A stretch of 64,000 nt of DNA from an uncultured Candidatus Saccharibacteria bacterium (lineage in GTDB: Bacteria; Patescibacteriota; Saccharimonadia; Saccharimonadales; JALRHH01). The DNA lies in contig CAZPVS010000001.1 of NCBI GenBank assembly GCA_964590315.1, forward strand, positions 42,926-106,925, given 5' to 3'. The first letter of the stretch is position 1. Every line of letters starts with the position of its first letter. The notes beneath the pieces are model-generated. The model made no database searches and was not told the origin of the DNA. It saw nothing but the letters and a program-made list of their open reading frames with translations. The position numbers and the translations under genes are program-made. This document shows, one piece after another, positions 47,505 to 57,015 of the stretch.

Positions 47505-49331
47505 ATGATTGAGCAAAGCTCAGAAGCCCTTTGGCCATTCTCTGAACGCAATGGTGTCAATGTTGCCGCGGATATTGAAGTTTTGCTAGCAGAGCCTGAA
47601 ATACAATTGAGCTCAGAAGATCGCTTTGCTGCCCAAACCTTCGCCCGTGAAATATTCGAGGGTAACATTGAAGGCGGCCCACACTGTAAGGCAGAAAGAA
47701 GCCTAGAAGAGGTTAATAAACTATCTGTTCTGGCGAGTGAGCAGACATTCTACACCGGCTATTTCAATACTGAAGCAGGAAAAAGTGACCTAGCAGGTAT
47801 GAGAATTGACCCTGCCACTAACAATATCGATAAGTACTTACTGGATGTGATCACGGTTAGCGACACTGTTGACGAAAAAGTACGTAAACAAGTTGCCATC
47901 AACAGCTTGAACTGGTATAAGGAGCAGGTTGCCGAACACCTGAAGGGCGACGGAACGAAAGACGCGCTGTACGAAGATGCAGAATCGATTACAGTCAATT
48001 ATGAACCAGATAAGCTCCTCGACAAGCTTGAATACCTCCAAAACTATCGTCGTTTTTACCGACATGTGCGCGCAGGGCTAGGACAAGAAGAGCCGTCAGA
48101 CCTTCTGACAGCAAAACAGACAGTGCTTGATGTCCATATTGCTCGGGTAAATAACTTGATGGCCGGTTTGTACACAAGTGCAGCAAATCTGGCACGACAG
48201 CTTGATGCGTGCGAACCCGGCGTTGATAATGAGCGCTGGACTGAGCGTCTTGTAGCCATCGCTCCAGTTATTAGCAACGCATGTAAAGCTGCGAACAGAG
48301 AACACTTTGAGCAATTTGCCGATACATTTGCGCGTCGCCTTGATTTGGTTCGTAACGGGGCGGCACTTGACGAAAACGAACAGCCCGTACCGATAAGCAA
48401 AGAACTGAAGATACTCGCAGAACAACTCACGGGCGCACCGGAAGGTACGGTAACTGCTGAGGCAAGAGTGACGCCTGAGCAACTCAAGATTATGGACACC
48501 ACTTTCTGGACAGGCGAACAGCTTAAAGAATTTAACGAAACAATTTTAGCAAAATGGGGCTTACTTAGTGAGCATCAAACTGACTGGGTAGAGGCTGGCA
48601 AACGAAGTGGCACCGCCCTTGATGGAAAATGGCAGTATGTCGTAGATCCAAAACGGAAATCTCTAGCCGTTGATGGTACGAAGAAGATTGTATTTGGACC
48701 GGAAGTGTTCGGGCGTAATCTTACGGATGAGAGTCCAGCCGGTGGGCTGCCAGTGTCCGCGCATGAGCTGACGCATGTTTTGCAGAATGAGTATGACGAA
48801 GAACTTGCCAAGCAAATTCCACTGGCTAAGACTAAGGGAGCACGATACGTTGCGGTTCGGGAGATGGCCGGAATTATGCAAGAGAATGTAGTTCAGGGAT
48901 ATTTTGGTCGCTCACGTGGTACGAATCTGCATTACCTTCGCGCACTTCAAACAAAACTAGACGGCGGTAACTTAGTGCAAACTGCGAGAGCATTCTATGA
49001 ATCTCAGCGCGAAGGCAAGCAACTTAGTGAGGCAACTGACAAAAAACTCAGAGATATGGCGGTAGACAGATCGCTCCGTCTGTACCGAAACGACGGTCAC
49101 GAATCGCAACCACTTGATTATGCTGAACAAGACCTTATTGCCCGCGGCTTCAAGAATGTTTTGCCAACTGAACGTTCGGCAATTGCAATTGCTGGTGGCA
49201 GCTTCTCGCTCCGACACAGTGCAGCCCTGCATAGAGTCGGCTTACTTGAAGTGCCTAAGGAAGTCGCCGACAATCCTGCTGAAGATGTCTGGAGCCTATT
49301 TGTTGAGGAGTACTTACCTGAACTTAAGTAA
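47505..49331 (+). CDS. hypothetical 608-aa protein with an HExxH motif (candidate zinc metallopeptidase)
   Basis: SAHELTHVLQNEYDEE. Sits immediately upstream of the retropepsin-like/RimK/DUF192 cluster. Otherwise unrecognisable. Confidence 0.5.
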   Translation: MIEQSSEALWPFSERNGVNVAADIEVLLAEPEIQLSSEDRFAAQTFAREIFEGNIEGGPHCKAERSLEEVNKLSVLASEQTFYTGYFNTEAGKSDLAGMRIDPATNNIDKYLLDVITVSDTVDEKVRKQVAINSLNWYKEQVAEHLKGDGTKDALYEDAESITVNYEPDKLLDKLEYLQNYRRFYRHVRAGLGQEEPSDLLTAKQTVLDVHIARVNNLMAGLYTSAANLARQLDACEPGVDNERWTERLVAIAPVISNACKAANREHFEQFADTFARRLDLVRNGAALDENEQPVPISKELKILAEQLTGAPEGTVTAEARVTPEQLKIMDTTFWTGEQLKEFNETILAKWGLLSEHQTDWVEAGKRSGTALDGKWQYVVDPKRKSLAVDGTKKIVFGPEVFGRNLTDESPAGGLPVSAHELTHVLQNEYDEELAKQIPLAKTKGARYVAVREMAGIMQENVVQGYFGRSRGTNLHYLRALQTKLDGGNLVQTARAFYESQREGKQLSEATDKKLRDMAVDRSLRLYRNDGHESQPLDYAEQDLIARGFKNVLPTERSAIAIAGGSFSLRHSAALHRVGLLEVPKEVADNPAEDVWSLFVEEYLPELK

Positions 49332-49600
49332 GCAGCAGTGTTGAATATTTGTCGCTTATGGTAAATAATAAGAGGTAATGAAGAAGCTTATTCCCGCACA
49401 AGCTGGTTTTATTCCTATGATTATCATGTTGCTCTTGATGATTGTTGGCGCAATTGCCTTGGCTTATTGGCGTGTTTCCAACGCAGGCAGCTAAGCATAA
49501 CAGTATTGCAAAAAGAATCAATACATGTTATAATGATAAATATTGTGCTATTGCTTTTGCGGCCAATATGCTTACAATGCGTTCATAGACAAGGAAAACC

Positions 49601-50086
49601 ATGGCAAAATACCAGATTATTATCGGGCGCGCAGAGAATATTGACTTTGTCGGTACTTCTTTAGGAGTGCCCGCTAAAATTGATACCGGAGCCTTTCGAT
49701 CCTCTGTACATGCTACCAATATACGGGAGAAGACGGATTCAAATGGCGAAAAGATCCTTACGTTTAATTTGTTTGGACATAAGTGCGCACCCGTCAAGCG
49801 GTCGCTTCAGGCTGAGAGGTATGATCTGATTCCGGTTAAAAGTTCTAATGGCGAAGTAGAAACTCGTTATGAAGTAACACTCAAGATTAAAATCGGACCA
49901 AAAATATTCAATACTAGCTTTACGCTTGCCGATCGCACAAATAATGTCTACCCCGTGCTAATTGGTAGGAAAGCATTAAAAAACCGCTTTATGATAGATC
50001 CAGCACGAGCGTCTGTTAATCGTATGGAGCTACGTAAGAACTTTGGCCTATCGGGTGCATATTCAGAGGAAGACTTCGAGGATTAA
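49601..50086 (+). CDS. RimK-associated retropepsin-like putative ATP-dependent zinc protease (DUF785-like)
   Basis: GRAENIDFVGTSLGVPAKIDTGAFRSSVHA...VYPVLIGRKAL pattern. It directly precedes rimK, as in many genomes. Confidence 0.55.
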   Translation: MAKYQIIIGRAENIDFVGTSLGVPAKIDTGAFRSSVHATNIREKTDSNGEKILTFNLFGHKCAPVKRSLQAERYDLIPVKSSNGEVETRYEVTLKIKIGPKIFNTSFTLADRTNNVYPVLIGRKALKNRFMIDPARASVNRMELRKNFGLSGAYSEEDFED

Positions 50087-50088
50087 GC

Positions 50089-51000
50089 ATGAGAATAGCA
50101 ATTTTATCTAACGGTCCCGGTAACTACTCTACAAAGCGCCTTAAGGAAGAGGCGAAATTACGTGGACATGAGGTACAGGTCATTAAGTACAAAAATTGTT
50201 ATGCGGCCATGGAGCAGAGTAATCCCGTGGTGCGCTATGACGGCGAAATTCTTACTGATTTTGACGTGGTGATACCCCGCATTGCGAGTTACATGACACG
50301 ATATGGTTCTGCAATAGTTCGCCAGTTTGAGATGCAAGGCGTGTACACCCCGACCAGTTCTATTGCGATAGTGCGATCCCGAGATAAATTGCGCAGCCTG
50401 CAGTTATTGGCCCGTGCCGGCGTGGGTATTCCTAAGACTGTTTTTGCACGTTCGGCCGCTGACGTAAATGACCTTATTGATGAATTGGGTGGAACGCCAG
50501 TGATTATTAAGTTGGCTCGTGGCACGCACGGAAACGGTGTGGTCTTGGCAGAGACGAAGAAAGCTGCCAAGTCAGTATTACAGGCGTTTTATGTGATGGA
50601 CGAAGATGGTACCAACATATTGCTGCAGGAATTTGTAAAAGAATCTGCTGGTACTGACATTCGTGCATTTGTGGTGGGTGGCAAAGTGGTTGCAAGTATG
50701 CAGCGCCAGAGCCTCGATGACGATTTCCGTTCAAATTTGCACCAAGGAGGCGAGGGTCGTGCTATTAAATTAACTGATCAGGAACGCCGCACAGCAATTA
50801 AGGCTGCGAAGGCAATGGGTTTGGCTATCTGTGGTGTTGATATGATGCGTAGTGCACGTGGTCCACTGGTTCTTGAAGTGAATGCCAGTCCTGGCTTCGG
50901 TATAGAAAAAGTGACTAATCGCGATATAGCTGGGCAGATTCTTGACTACATTGAGTTAAATGCTCGAGGCAAGCGTCGTCGTGATCGCGTCGGTGCCTAG
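50089..51000 (+). CDS. rimK: RimK-family alpha-L-glutamate ligase (ATP-grasp)
   Basis: MRIAILS start, ATP-grasp motifs and RimK length and layout. Confidence 0.85.
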   Translation: MRIAILSNGPGNYSTKRLKEEAKLRGHEVQVIKYKNCYAAMEQSNPVVRYDGEILTDFDVVIPRIASYMTRYGSAIVRQFEMQGVYTPTSSIAIVRSRDKLRSLQLLARAGVGIPKTVFARSAADVNDLIDELGGTPVIIKLARGTHGNGVVLAETKKAAKSVLQAFYVMDEDGTNILLQEFVKESAGTDIRAFVVGGKVVASMQRQSLDDDFRSNLHQGGEGRAIKLTDQERRTAIKAAKAMGLAICGVDMMRSARGPLVLEVNASPGFGIEKVTNRDIAGQILDYIELNARGKRRRDRVGA

Positions 51001-51442
51001 AAAATATCGCCTAGTACTACTAGCTATTGCTGTGATCTTGCTGGTAATGGGATACGGTATTGCCAGTAGAGCTGGACACACGAGACGGCCCGCAGCTCCC
51101 CCTGTGCAGGATATTACGGCCAGCTTTTCTCTTGAGACGGTAACGACGTATGAACAGCGTCAGAAAGGTCTTTCTGGTCGCATGAGTCTTGCCCAGGATC
51201 GGGCAATGCTTTTTGTGTTTGATGGCGAAAGTAGACGATGTATTTGGATGAAAGATATGCAATTCCCGATAGATATTGTGTGGCTAAGTGGCAGCAAACA
51301 AATTGTCGCCATTGAACGTAATGTCAGCCCCTCGACATATCCGTCTTCGTTTTGTCATGATGACTCACACTATGTGCTAGAGTTTGCAGCCGGAGCCGTA
51401 GACGCAGCTGACTTACGTATCGGCGAGCACGTACGTCTCTAG
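50960..51442 (+). CDS. DUF192 family protein
   Basis: DMQFPIDIVWLSGSKQIVAIERNVSPST...HYVLEFAAG matches the DUF192 (COG1430) pattern. N-terminal TM helix. The 41-nt overlap with rimK suggests the real start is later. Confidence 0.55.
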   Translation: MLEASVVVIASVPRKYRLVLLAIAVILLVMGYGIASRAGHTRRPAAPPVQDITASFSLETVTTYEQRQKGLSGRMSLAQDRAMLFVFDGESRRCIWMKDMQFPIDIVWLSGSKQIVAIERNVSPSTYPSSFCHDDSHYVLEFAAGAVDAADLRIGEHVRL

Positions 51443-51460
51443 TCATGCTATCATGAGCGT

Positions 51461-51940
51461 ATGATACCGCTTATTGTAATCGGCGCACTTGCTGTCTTGC
51501 CTGTGTTTCTTGCGCTTATATTGCGGGTGAATGCCGTATTTGTCTTCCTGAGCATTGCGGCCGGTTACTTTCTACAGTACGCACTGAGTGATGACGTAGA
51601 CCTGGTAATTGCCACAGTTGTCCAAGGAAGCAATGCGATGGTTGCAGCACAGTTCATACTGCTGTGTGCCCCAGTACTCGTGACAATGCTATTATTGCGT
51701 CGCACACGGGGCAAGGGTCTTTTGTTCCAGCTGGTACCACTAGTATTTTCTGGCATGTTGCTTGCAACGCTTGCGCTGCCCCTACTGCCGCCAGATATGG
51801 CGCAGCAAGTGTACGATACGGCATATGGTAGTGGCATCAAGCAGTCACAAGATTTGGTGATTGCCGCTGCCGCAATATCAAATCTGAGTCTCTCATATGT
51901 CCTATTCAAGCATAAGGATAGACACGGCAAACATCGGTAA
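51461..51940 (+). CDS. hypothetical membrane protein (4 TM helices)
   Basis: Hydrophobic ORF upstream of the histidine kinase. Confidence 0.4.
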   Translation: MIPLIVIGALAVLPVFLALILRVNAVFVFLSIAAGYFLQYALSDDVDLVIATVVQGSNAMVAAQFILLCAPVLVTMLLLRRTRGKGLLFQLVPLVFSGMLLATLALPLLPPDMAQQVYDTAYGSGIKQSQDLVIAAAAISNLSLSYVLFKHKDRHGKHR

Positions 51941-51964
51941 TCACAGGAAGCACTCTTTCTCTAT

Positions 51965-54457
51965 GTGAAAAGCGGGTATAATAGAGTTATCAGCAAGGAG
52001 AACGCTGTGCCAAGGCGTCAGCAGCCGAGGAAAGAACTCGCCCGCAATGAACATTATCAGGCTTTCATACAGGCCAGTAGTGATGGTATATGGCGTTTCG
52101 AATTGCAGCAATCGGTATCGATCCAGCTACCCCCACATGACCAGATAAAGCACTATTATAAATATGCATTCTTGGCTGAAGCCAACCGTGCGATGGCGCG
52201 TATATGTGGCTTTCGGTCGATTTCGCCAATGATTGGGCTATCGTTTGGTGATGTTTTACCTGCAAAGGACGCCCAGAATAATGCACTACTACGGGCATTT
52301 ATTGCTGCGAAATATCGTCTTAGTGACTACACGACTCGACAGGTATATGGAAAGGGCAAGGAACGGTATTATCGAAATAGCATGACTGCTATTGTTGAGG
52401 AGGGTTCTGTCGTACAGATATGGGGAACGTGCCAAGACATAACTGATCAACAGCAGACAGCCGAGGCATTGCTGTATAACAAGGAGCGGCTTGATCTGGC
52501 TCTCAGGGGTTCGCACATGGGTTTGTGGGAATGGAACGTGCTGACAAATCAGCTGTTCTGGTCACCCCAACTCAAAAAAATGTACGGGCTAAAGCAAAAC
52601 AAACGAGTAACGTATGAAGATTATTTGGCGATGTTGCCCGCGGATGATCGTGCACGTACGCAGAAGCTTATTGCAAAAAGTCTAAAAACAGGGCAACCGT
52701 ATACAATGGAGCATCGTGTTATATGGCCGGACGGTACGGAGCATTGGATATTGGGTCAGGGGAAGGCGTATAAAGAGTCAGGGCAAATCGTGCGTATGGT
52801 TGGTACTGCTTTGTCGATTGATCGACAAAAGAATATTGAGACAACCCTGCAGCGACAAAACGCATATCTTGAAACACTGCACATCACTGCACTGGACGTC
52901 AGTCTTGGTCTCAAAAAACATACGCACGTGCTGAAGACTATTTTAGAACGGGCAGGGAAAATTAACGGCACGCATGATGGCTATATATACTTGAAAGATC
53001 CGCAAACCCAGAAGCTTGTCGTACGAGTGGGAACAGGGTTGTTTAAGGAATATGTCGGCCATACAATTAATTTTGGCGAAGGACTTGCCGGGAGGGTATG
53101 GGAGACAGGTCAACCGCTCACCGTTCCAGATTACGAGACATGGGATAAGCGCCAGAGTAGTTTCCCAAAGGGGCTAGTGCGTACGGTTATTGGCATGCCG
53201 CTACGGACAGACGAGGGGGTGATCGGTGTAATGACACTAGCACATCGGTATGTGAATAACGATTTTGATAGTGAGCAAATGGCAGCATTATCGCGACTAG
53301 CGGACCTTGCGAGTGTGAGTCTTCGCAATGCCCGTGTTTTGGAGGACGTAAAAGAAAGTGAACAGCGTTTCAGAACGATGGCTGATACGGCACCCGTAAT
53401 GATCTGGCTGTCTGGCGCCGATAGACAGGTAACATATTGCAATAAGTCATGGCTTGAATTTACGGGGCAGGCTGCGGCAGGGAAATGCAGTGCGGAGTGG
53501 ACAGGTAATGTGCATCCTGACGATGTAGCAAAATACCAGAAAACGTATGAAACTGCTTTTGATTCTCAGCAGTCGTTTAGTGTGGAATATCGCCTACGTC
53601 GGCATGATGGTGAGTACCGGTGGATATTGGATGTTGGTCGACCACGCTTTTCTCCAGAGGGAAAATTCGTTGGATATATTGGATCAGGCACTGATATACA
53701 TGATTTGAAGCGAGCAAGTGAGTTGATACTTGCTAATTCGCAGCTGAAGAACCAGCGTCGACAACTTATTGCGCTGAACAAAGCTAAAGATGACTTTGTT
53801 GCGCTTGCCTCACATCAACTGCGTACTCCTGCAACCGCCGTAAAGCAGTATATAAGTTTGCTGATAAATGATTATGCCGGGCCAGTTACCCCTGATCAAC
53901 TGCAGTATTTGCAAATTGCCTATAATAGCAATGAGAGGCAATTAAAGATTATTAATGATTTGCTGAAGACTGCGCAACTAGATTCGAGTCGGTTCGCGCT
54001 CGATATGGAACCACACGATATCGCGCGCATAATCACCGCAGCTGTTGACGAGCTTGAAATAACCGTTGAGCTGAAAAACCAACGGATAGTATTACGAGAT
54101 ATCTCTTCTGAAACCATAGAAATTGATGAGACAGAGATGAAGCTTGTCCTCGTGAACTTACTCGAAAATGCCAGCAAGTATAGCTATCCTCACTCAGAGA
54201 TTGTGGTAACTATGCAAAAGCAGGACGGCTTTCTAGAGATTGCAATTAGGGATAAGGGGGTTGGCATCAGCCGTGAAAACAAGCAACGTATATTTGATAA
54301 GTTTACCCGAATTGATAACGATTTGTCAGATACGGTGAGTGGCTCTGGGCTGGGGCTGTATTGGGTGAAGCGAATCGTGGCAATGCACGGGGGGAATATT
54401 AAAGTGAACTCTGCATTGAGTAAAGGCTCGACGTTTACAATAAGGTTGCCGCTATGA
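51965..54457 (+). CDS. multi-sensor histidine kinase (PAS/PAS/GAF/PAS + HisKA + HATPase_c)
   Basis: H-box ASHQLRTPATAV. N, G1 and G2 boxes (NLLENASKYS, DKGVGIS, GSGLGLYWVKRIV). Confidence 0.85.
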   Translation: MKSGYNRVISKENAVPRRQQPRKELARNEHYQAFIQASSDGIWRFELQQSVSIQLPPHDQIKHYYKYAFLAEANRAMARICGFRSISPMIGLSFGDVLPAKDAQNNALLRAFIAAKYRLSDYTTRQVYGKGKERYYRNSMTAIVEEGSVVQIWGTCQDITDQQQTAEALLYNKERLDLALRGSHMGLWEWNVLTNQLFWSPQLKKMYGLKQNKRVTYEDYLAMLPADDRARTQKLIAKSLKTGQPYTMEHRVIWPDGTEHWILGQGKAYKESGQIVRMVGTALSIDRQKNIETTLQRQNAYLETLHITALDVSLGLKKHTHVLKTILERAGKINGTHDGYIYLKDPQTQKLVVRVGTGLFKEYVGHTINFGEGLAGRVWETGQPLTVPDYETWDKRQSSFPKGLVRTVIGMPLRTDEGVIGVMTLAHRYVNNDFDSEQMAALSRLADLASVSLRNARVLEDVKESEQRFRTMADTAPVMIWLSGADRQVTYCNKSWLEFTGQAAAGKCSAEWTGNVHPDDVAKYQKTYETAFDSQQSFSVEYRLRRHDGEYRWILDVGRPRFSPEGKFVGYIGSGTDIHDLKRASELILANSQLKNQRRQLIALNKAKDDFVALASHQLRTPATAVKQYISLLINDYAGPVTPDQLQYLQIAYNSNERQLKIINDLLKTAQLDSSRFALDMEPHDIARIITAAVDELEITVELKNQRIVLRDISSETIEIDETEMKLVLVNLLENASKYSYPHSEIVVTMQKQDGFLEIAIRDKGVGISRENKQRIFDKFTRIDNDLSDTVSGSGLGLYWVKRIVAMHGGNIKVNSALSKGSTFTIRLPL

Positions 54458-54837
54458 GTAAGCAAAAGACCATACTGATTGTTGAAGATGAGCTGATACT
54501 GCAGGATGTGTACCGACTAGTGCTCTCAAAAAGCGGCTATGTTATTTATACTGCCGAAAATGGTGTGGATGGCCTGCACAAAATGAAGAAGATTAAGCCC
54601 GATCTTGTGCTGCTCGATATATTTATGCCGCTCATGGATGGGAGGGAATTTTTACGCAATATTGATATGGCGGAGTACCCACATACAAAAATAATCGTGT
54701 ATACGAATATGTACGATAAGGCAACCGAGAACGAGATGGCATCGCTGGGGGCTGATGCTTTTGTGTTGAAGTCGAGCATGACCCCTAACGATCTCGTCAC
54801 TATTGTTGAGCAATATCTCGGACCGGTATCGCAGTAG
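54454..54837 (+). CDS. response regulator receiver (CheY-like, single domain)
   Basis: ILIVEDE...DLVLLDIFMP with conserved Asp and Lys positions. Start overlaps the kinase stop. Confidence 0.85.
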   Translation: MSKQKTILIVEDELILQDVYRLVLSKSGYVIYTAENGVDGLHKMKKIKPDLVLLDIFMPLMDGREFLRNIDMAEYPHTKIIVYTNMYDKATENEMASLGADAFVLKSSMTPNDLVTIVEQYLGPVSQ

Positions 54838-54855
54838 GCACTCTCTGGCGTAGTA

Positions 54856-56193
54856 TCAGTTTGCTGGTAGCGTCAATATGATCGTTGTTCCGACGTTTTC
54901 TTCTGAGGTAAAGCTCACATTGCCGCCATGCTGTTCCATGACGGTTTTAACGAGATAGAGGCCCAGGCCGGTCCCGGGAATGTTACTTGCGACAGCATTA
55001 CTGGCCCGGTAAAAGCCTTTGTATACCTTGCTGTGTTCTTCTTTCGGTATGCCGATACCCTGATCGCTGATATGGATTGATTGCATGAGGCCGGTTTTGT
55101 TCCAGGAGAAGGTGACAGCAGTATTAGGCTTGGTGTATTTGATACCATTGGACACGACATTGTAGAGCACGCGTTTCATCATCGTCACGTCGCAGTTAAT
55201 GATAAGCTCCCGCGGCCATGATGGATCAAGCACAAATGAGACGTTCTTCTGCTGCGCGGTGAGCATTTGCACATCAGTGATTTCAGCGAGTAAGGCGTTT
55301 ATATCAGTCGGCTCACGATTTAGCTTTCGGCGATTCATGGCATGAGAAAGCTCAAGTATGTCGTCGGTACTTGCTTGTAAACGTTCTGCACTTGCGACGA
55401 TAGAATGTGCCAATTTTTTAGCTGTTTCTTCCTGTGCGTATGGTTCAAGACTGGTTGCTGCCCAGCGGATACCTGTCAGTGGATTTCGGATCTCATGTGA
55501 AGCAACCGACACGAGCTCTGATCGCAGTGCCATCAGCTGCGCATTGCGTCGTCGTATCCACTCAAAGAACAATAGAATGATAATCAGCGTTAGCCCGGTG
55601 CTGAGCGGGATGATCGCAGCCACTAAAATATCGCGCCAATAGGTCGATGATGCCACATCAATACCCAACACTGCTACTACGTCACCCGTAGATGGGTCGT
55701 ACATGGGCGCCAGGCCGGAAATAAATGTACCAAAATCATCAGTCACGGGGCCTTCGACCACCGTGCCTTTTGTCTGGAATATACCCTTAAATTCTTCAGT
55801 TGCATCATCGTAGGGTTCACCTGCTGGTGAGTAATCTTGGCTTTCGGGGTCCTCTGAATCAACATAGAAAAATAGCTGACCATCGCCGCGGTCGCCCGCG
55901 ATATACACGCTGCGGATTTTAGCATCGGATGCGGCAACATTATGTAAGTGTCGCTTGAGCTCACGGTAGGAAGAAGTGTTCTCGTCGGACGTATCGCCCG
56001 CCAGACTCATGATCTTTTGCGCATCAAGCGCCGCAGCGGCAATCTCACTGTTTTTCTTGAGGTCGGTGCGTATACGCTGGGCAGCCTGCTGGCCAGAATA
56101 TACTGCTGAAAGCACACTGATGAGTACGACTACACCAATACACGCCATGACGAAGGTGTGAATTTTGTCGCTAATCTGAGGAGTTAATCGCAT
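54856..56193 (-). CDS. membrane sensor histidine kinase
   Basis: N-terminal TM helix, periplasmic domain and second TM helix. ASHEIRNPLTGI H-box and GTGLGLYLVKTV G2 box. Confidence 0.8.
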   Translation of the reverse strand: MRLTPQISDKIHTFVMACIGVVVLISVLSAVYSGQQAAQRIRTDLKKNSEIAAAALDAQKIMSLAGDTSDENTSSYRELKRHLHNVAASDAKIRSVYIAGDRGDGQLFFYVDSEDPESQDYSPAGEPYDDATEEFKGIFQTKGTVVEGPVTDDFGTFISGLAPMYDPSTGDVVAVLGIDVASSTYWRDILVAAIIPLSTGLTLIIILLFFEWIRRRNAQLMALRSELVSVASHEIRNPLTGIRWAATSLEPYAQEETAKKLAHSIVASAERLQASTDDILELSHAMNRRKLNREPTDINALLAEITDVQMLTAQQKNVSFVLDPSWPRELIINCDVTMMKRVLYNVVSNGIKYTKPNTAVTFSWNKTGLMQSIHISDQGIGIPKEEHSKVYKGFYRASNAVASNIPGTGLGLYLVKTVMEQHGGNVSFTSEENVGTTIILTLPAN

Positions 56194-56570
56194 GTTTTGC
56201 TTTTTTACTGGTTATGCTTATAGTACGTCTTTCCTGCAGATTGGTCTAGTATTAGAGTTCTATGTAAATCAATGTTCAGGAATATCTACAATAAAATCAT
56301 TCAAAAATAATCTCAGTACTCATGTTCAATCCCCAAGACAGCTTCCGTTAAATGAAAAAGTCCTACGTTTTCAGGCAGAAATTATTTCAATGGAGGGATA
56401 GGAGGACTCTCTCACATTCCGCGGGACTAGAACTTCTGCCACGGCAGCATAGTTGCCAGGTGAAAATTCTCTTGCAAAATGCCACTGGCAATCCCGTTCA
56501 AGTCCTCACTGAATACTGGGCCAAATAAAATACCCACTTTTTAGGGGGGCACTTTATTTGGAGGGTCCAG

Positions 56571-56596
56571 TGGGACTCGGTCACTTCCAGCGACCC
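56571..56596 (-). pseudogene. duplicated 3'-end fragment of tRNA-Lys
   Basis: tatttggagggtccagtgggactcg is identical to the tRNA 3' end plus 8 nt of flank. Confidence 0.4.
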
Positions 56597-56752
56597 CGTA
56601 GCAACATCTTTGCAAACTAGTTTGCAAGAGTTGACTCCCTTGCAAAATGCCACTGGCATTTTTCACCCCCAACACCATTCTGGCGCGTCGTGGGTTAAAG
56701 CTCAATAGAACTGCCAAATAGAAAACCCCACCTTTCGGCGAGGTTCTCTATT

Positions 56753-56829
56753 TGGAGGGTCCAGTGGGACTCGAACCCACGACACCCTGCTTAAAAGGCA
56801 GGTGCTCTAACCGGCTGAGCTATGGACCC
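56753..56829 (-). tRNA. tRNA-Lys (UUU)
   Basis: Reverse complement GGGTCCATAGCTCAGCCGGTTAGAGCACCTGCCTTTTAAGCAGGGTGTCGTGGGTTCGAGTCCCACTGGACCCTCCA. Perfect anticodon stem CCTGC/GCAGG. Confidence 0.85.
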
Positions 56830-57015
56830 TTATTGTGGGTAAAATCCGGTTACATTGTTAATGTATTACGCATAATTCTACCGGCTAGAGCACGTGTGCA
56901 GTTTTTTGATTTCTGCAGCAAGCTGCGCCGACTGAGTTATGGACCCGTAGTAATCTATGGGTTCCGTGTGAGGAATTAACCCCTTACATTATCCTGATTT
57001 ACAGGGAAAAGTCAA

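Noticed and set aside
56752-56979. 75-aa ORF starting MEGPVGLEPTT
   Set aside because: It is the antisense reading of tRNA-Lys.
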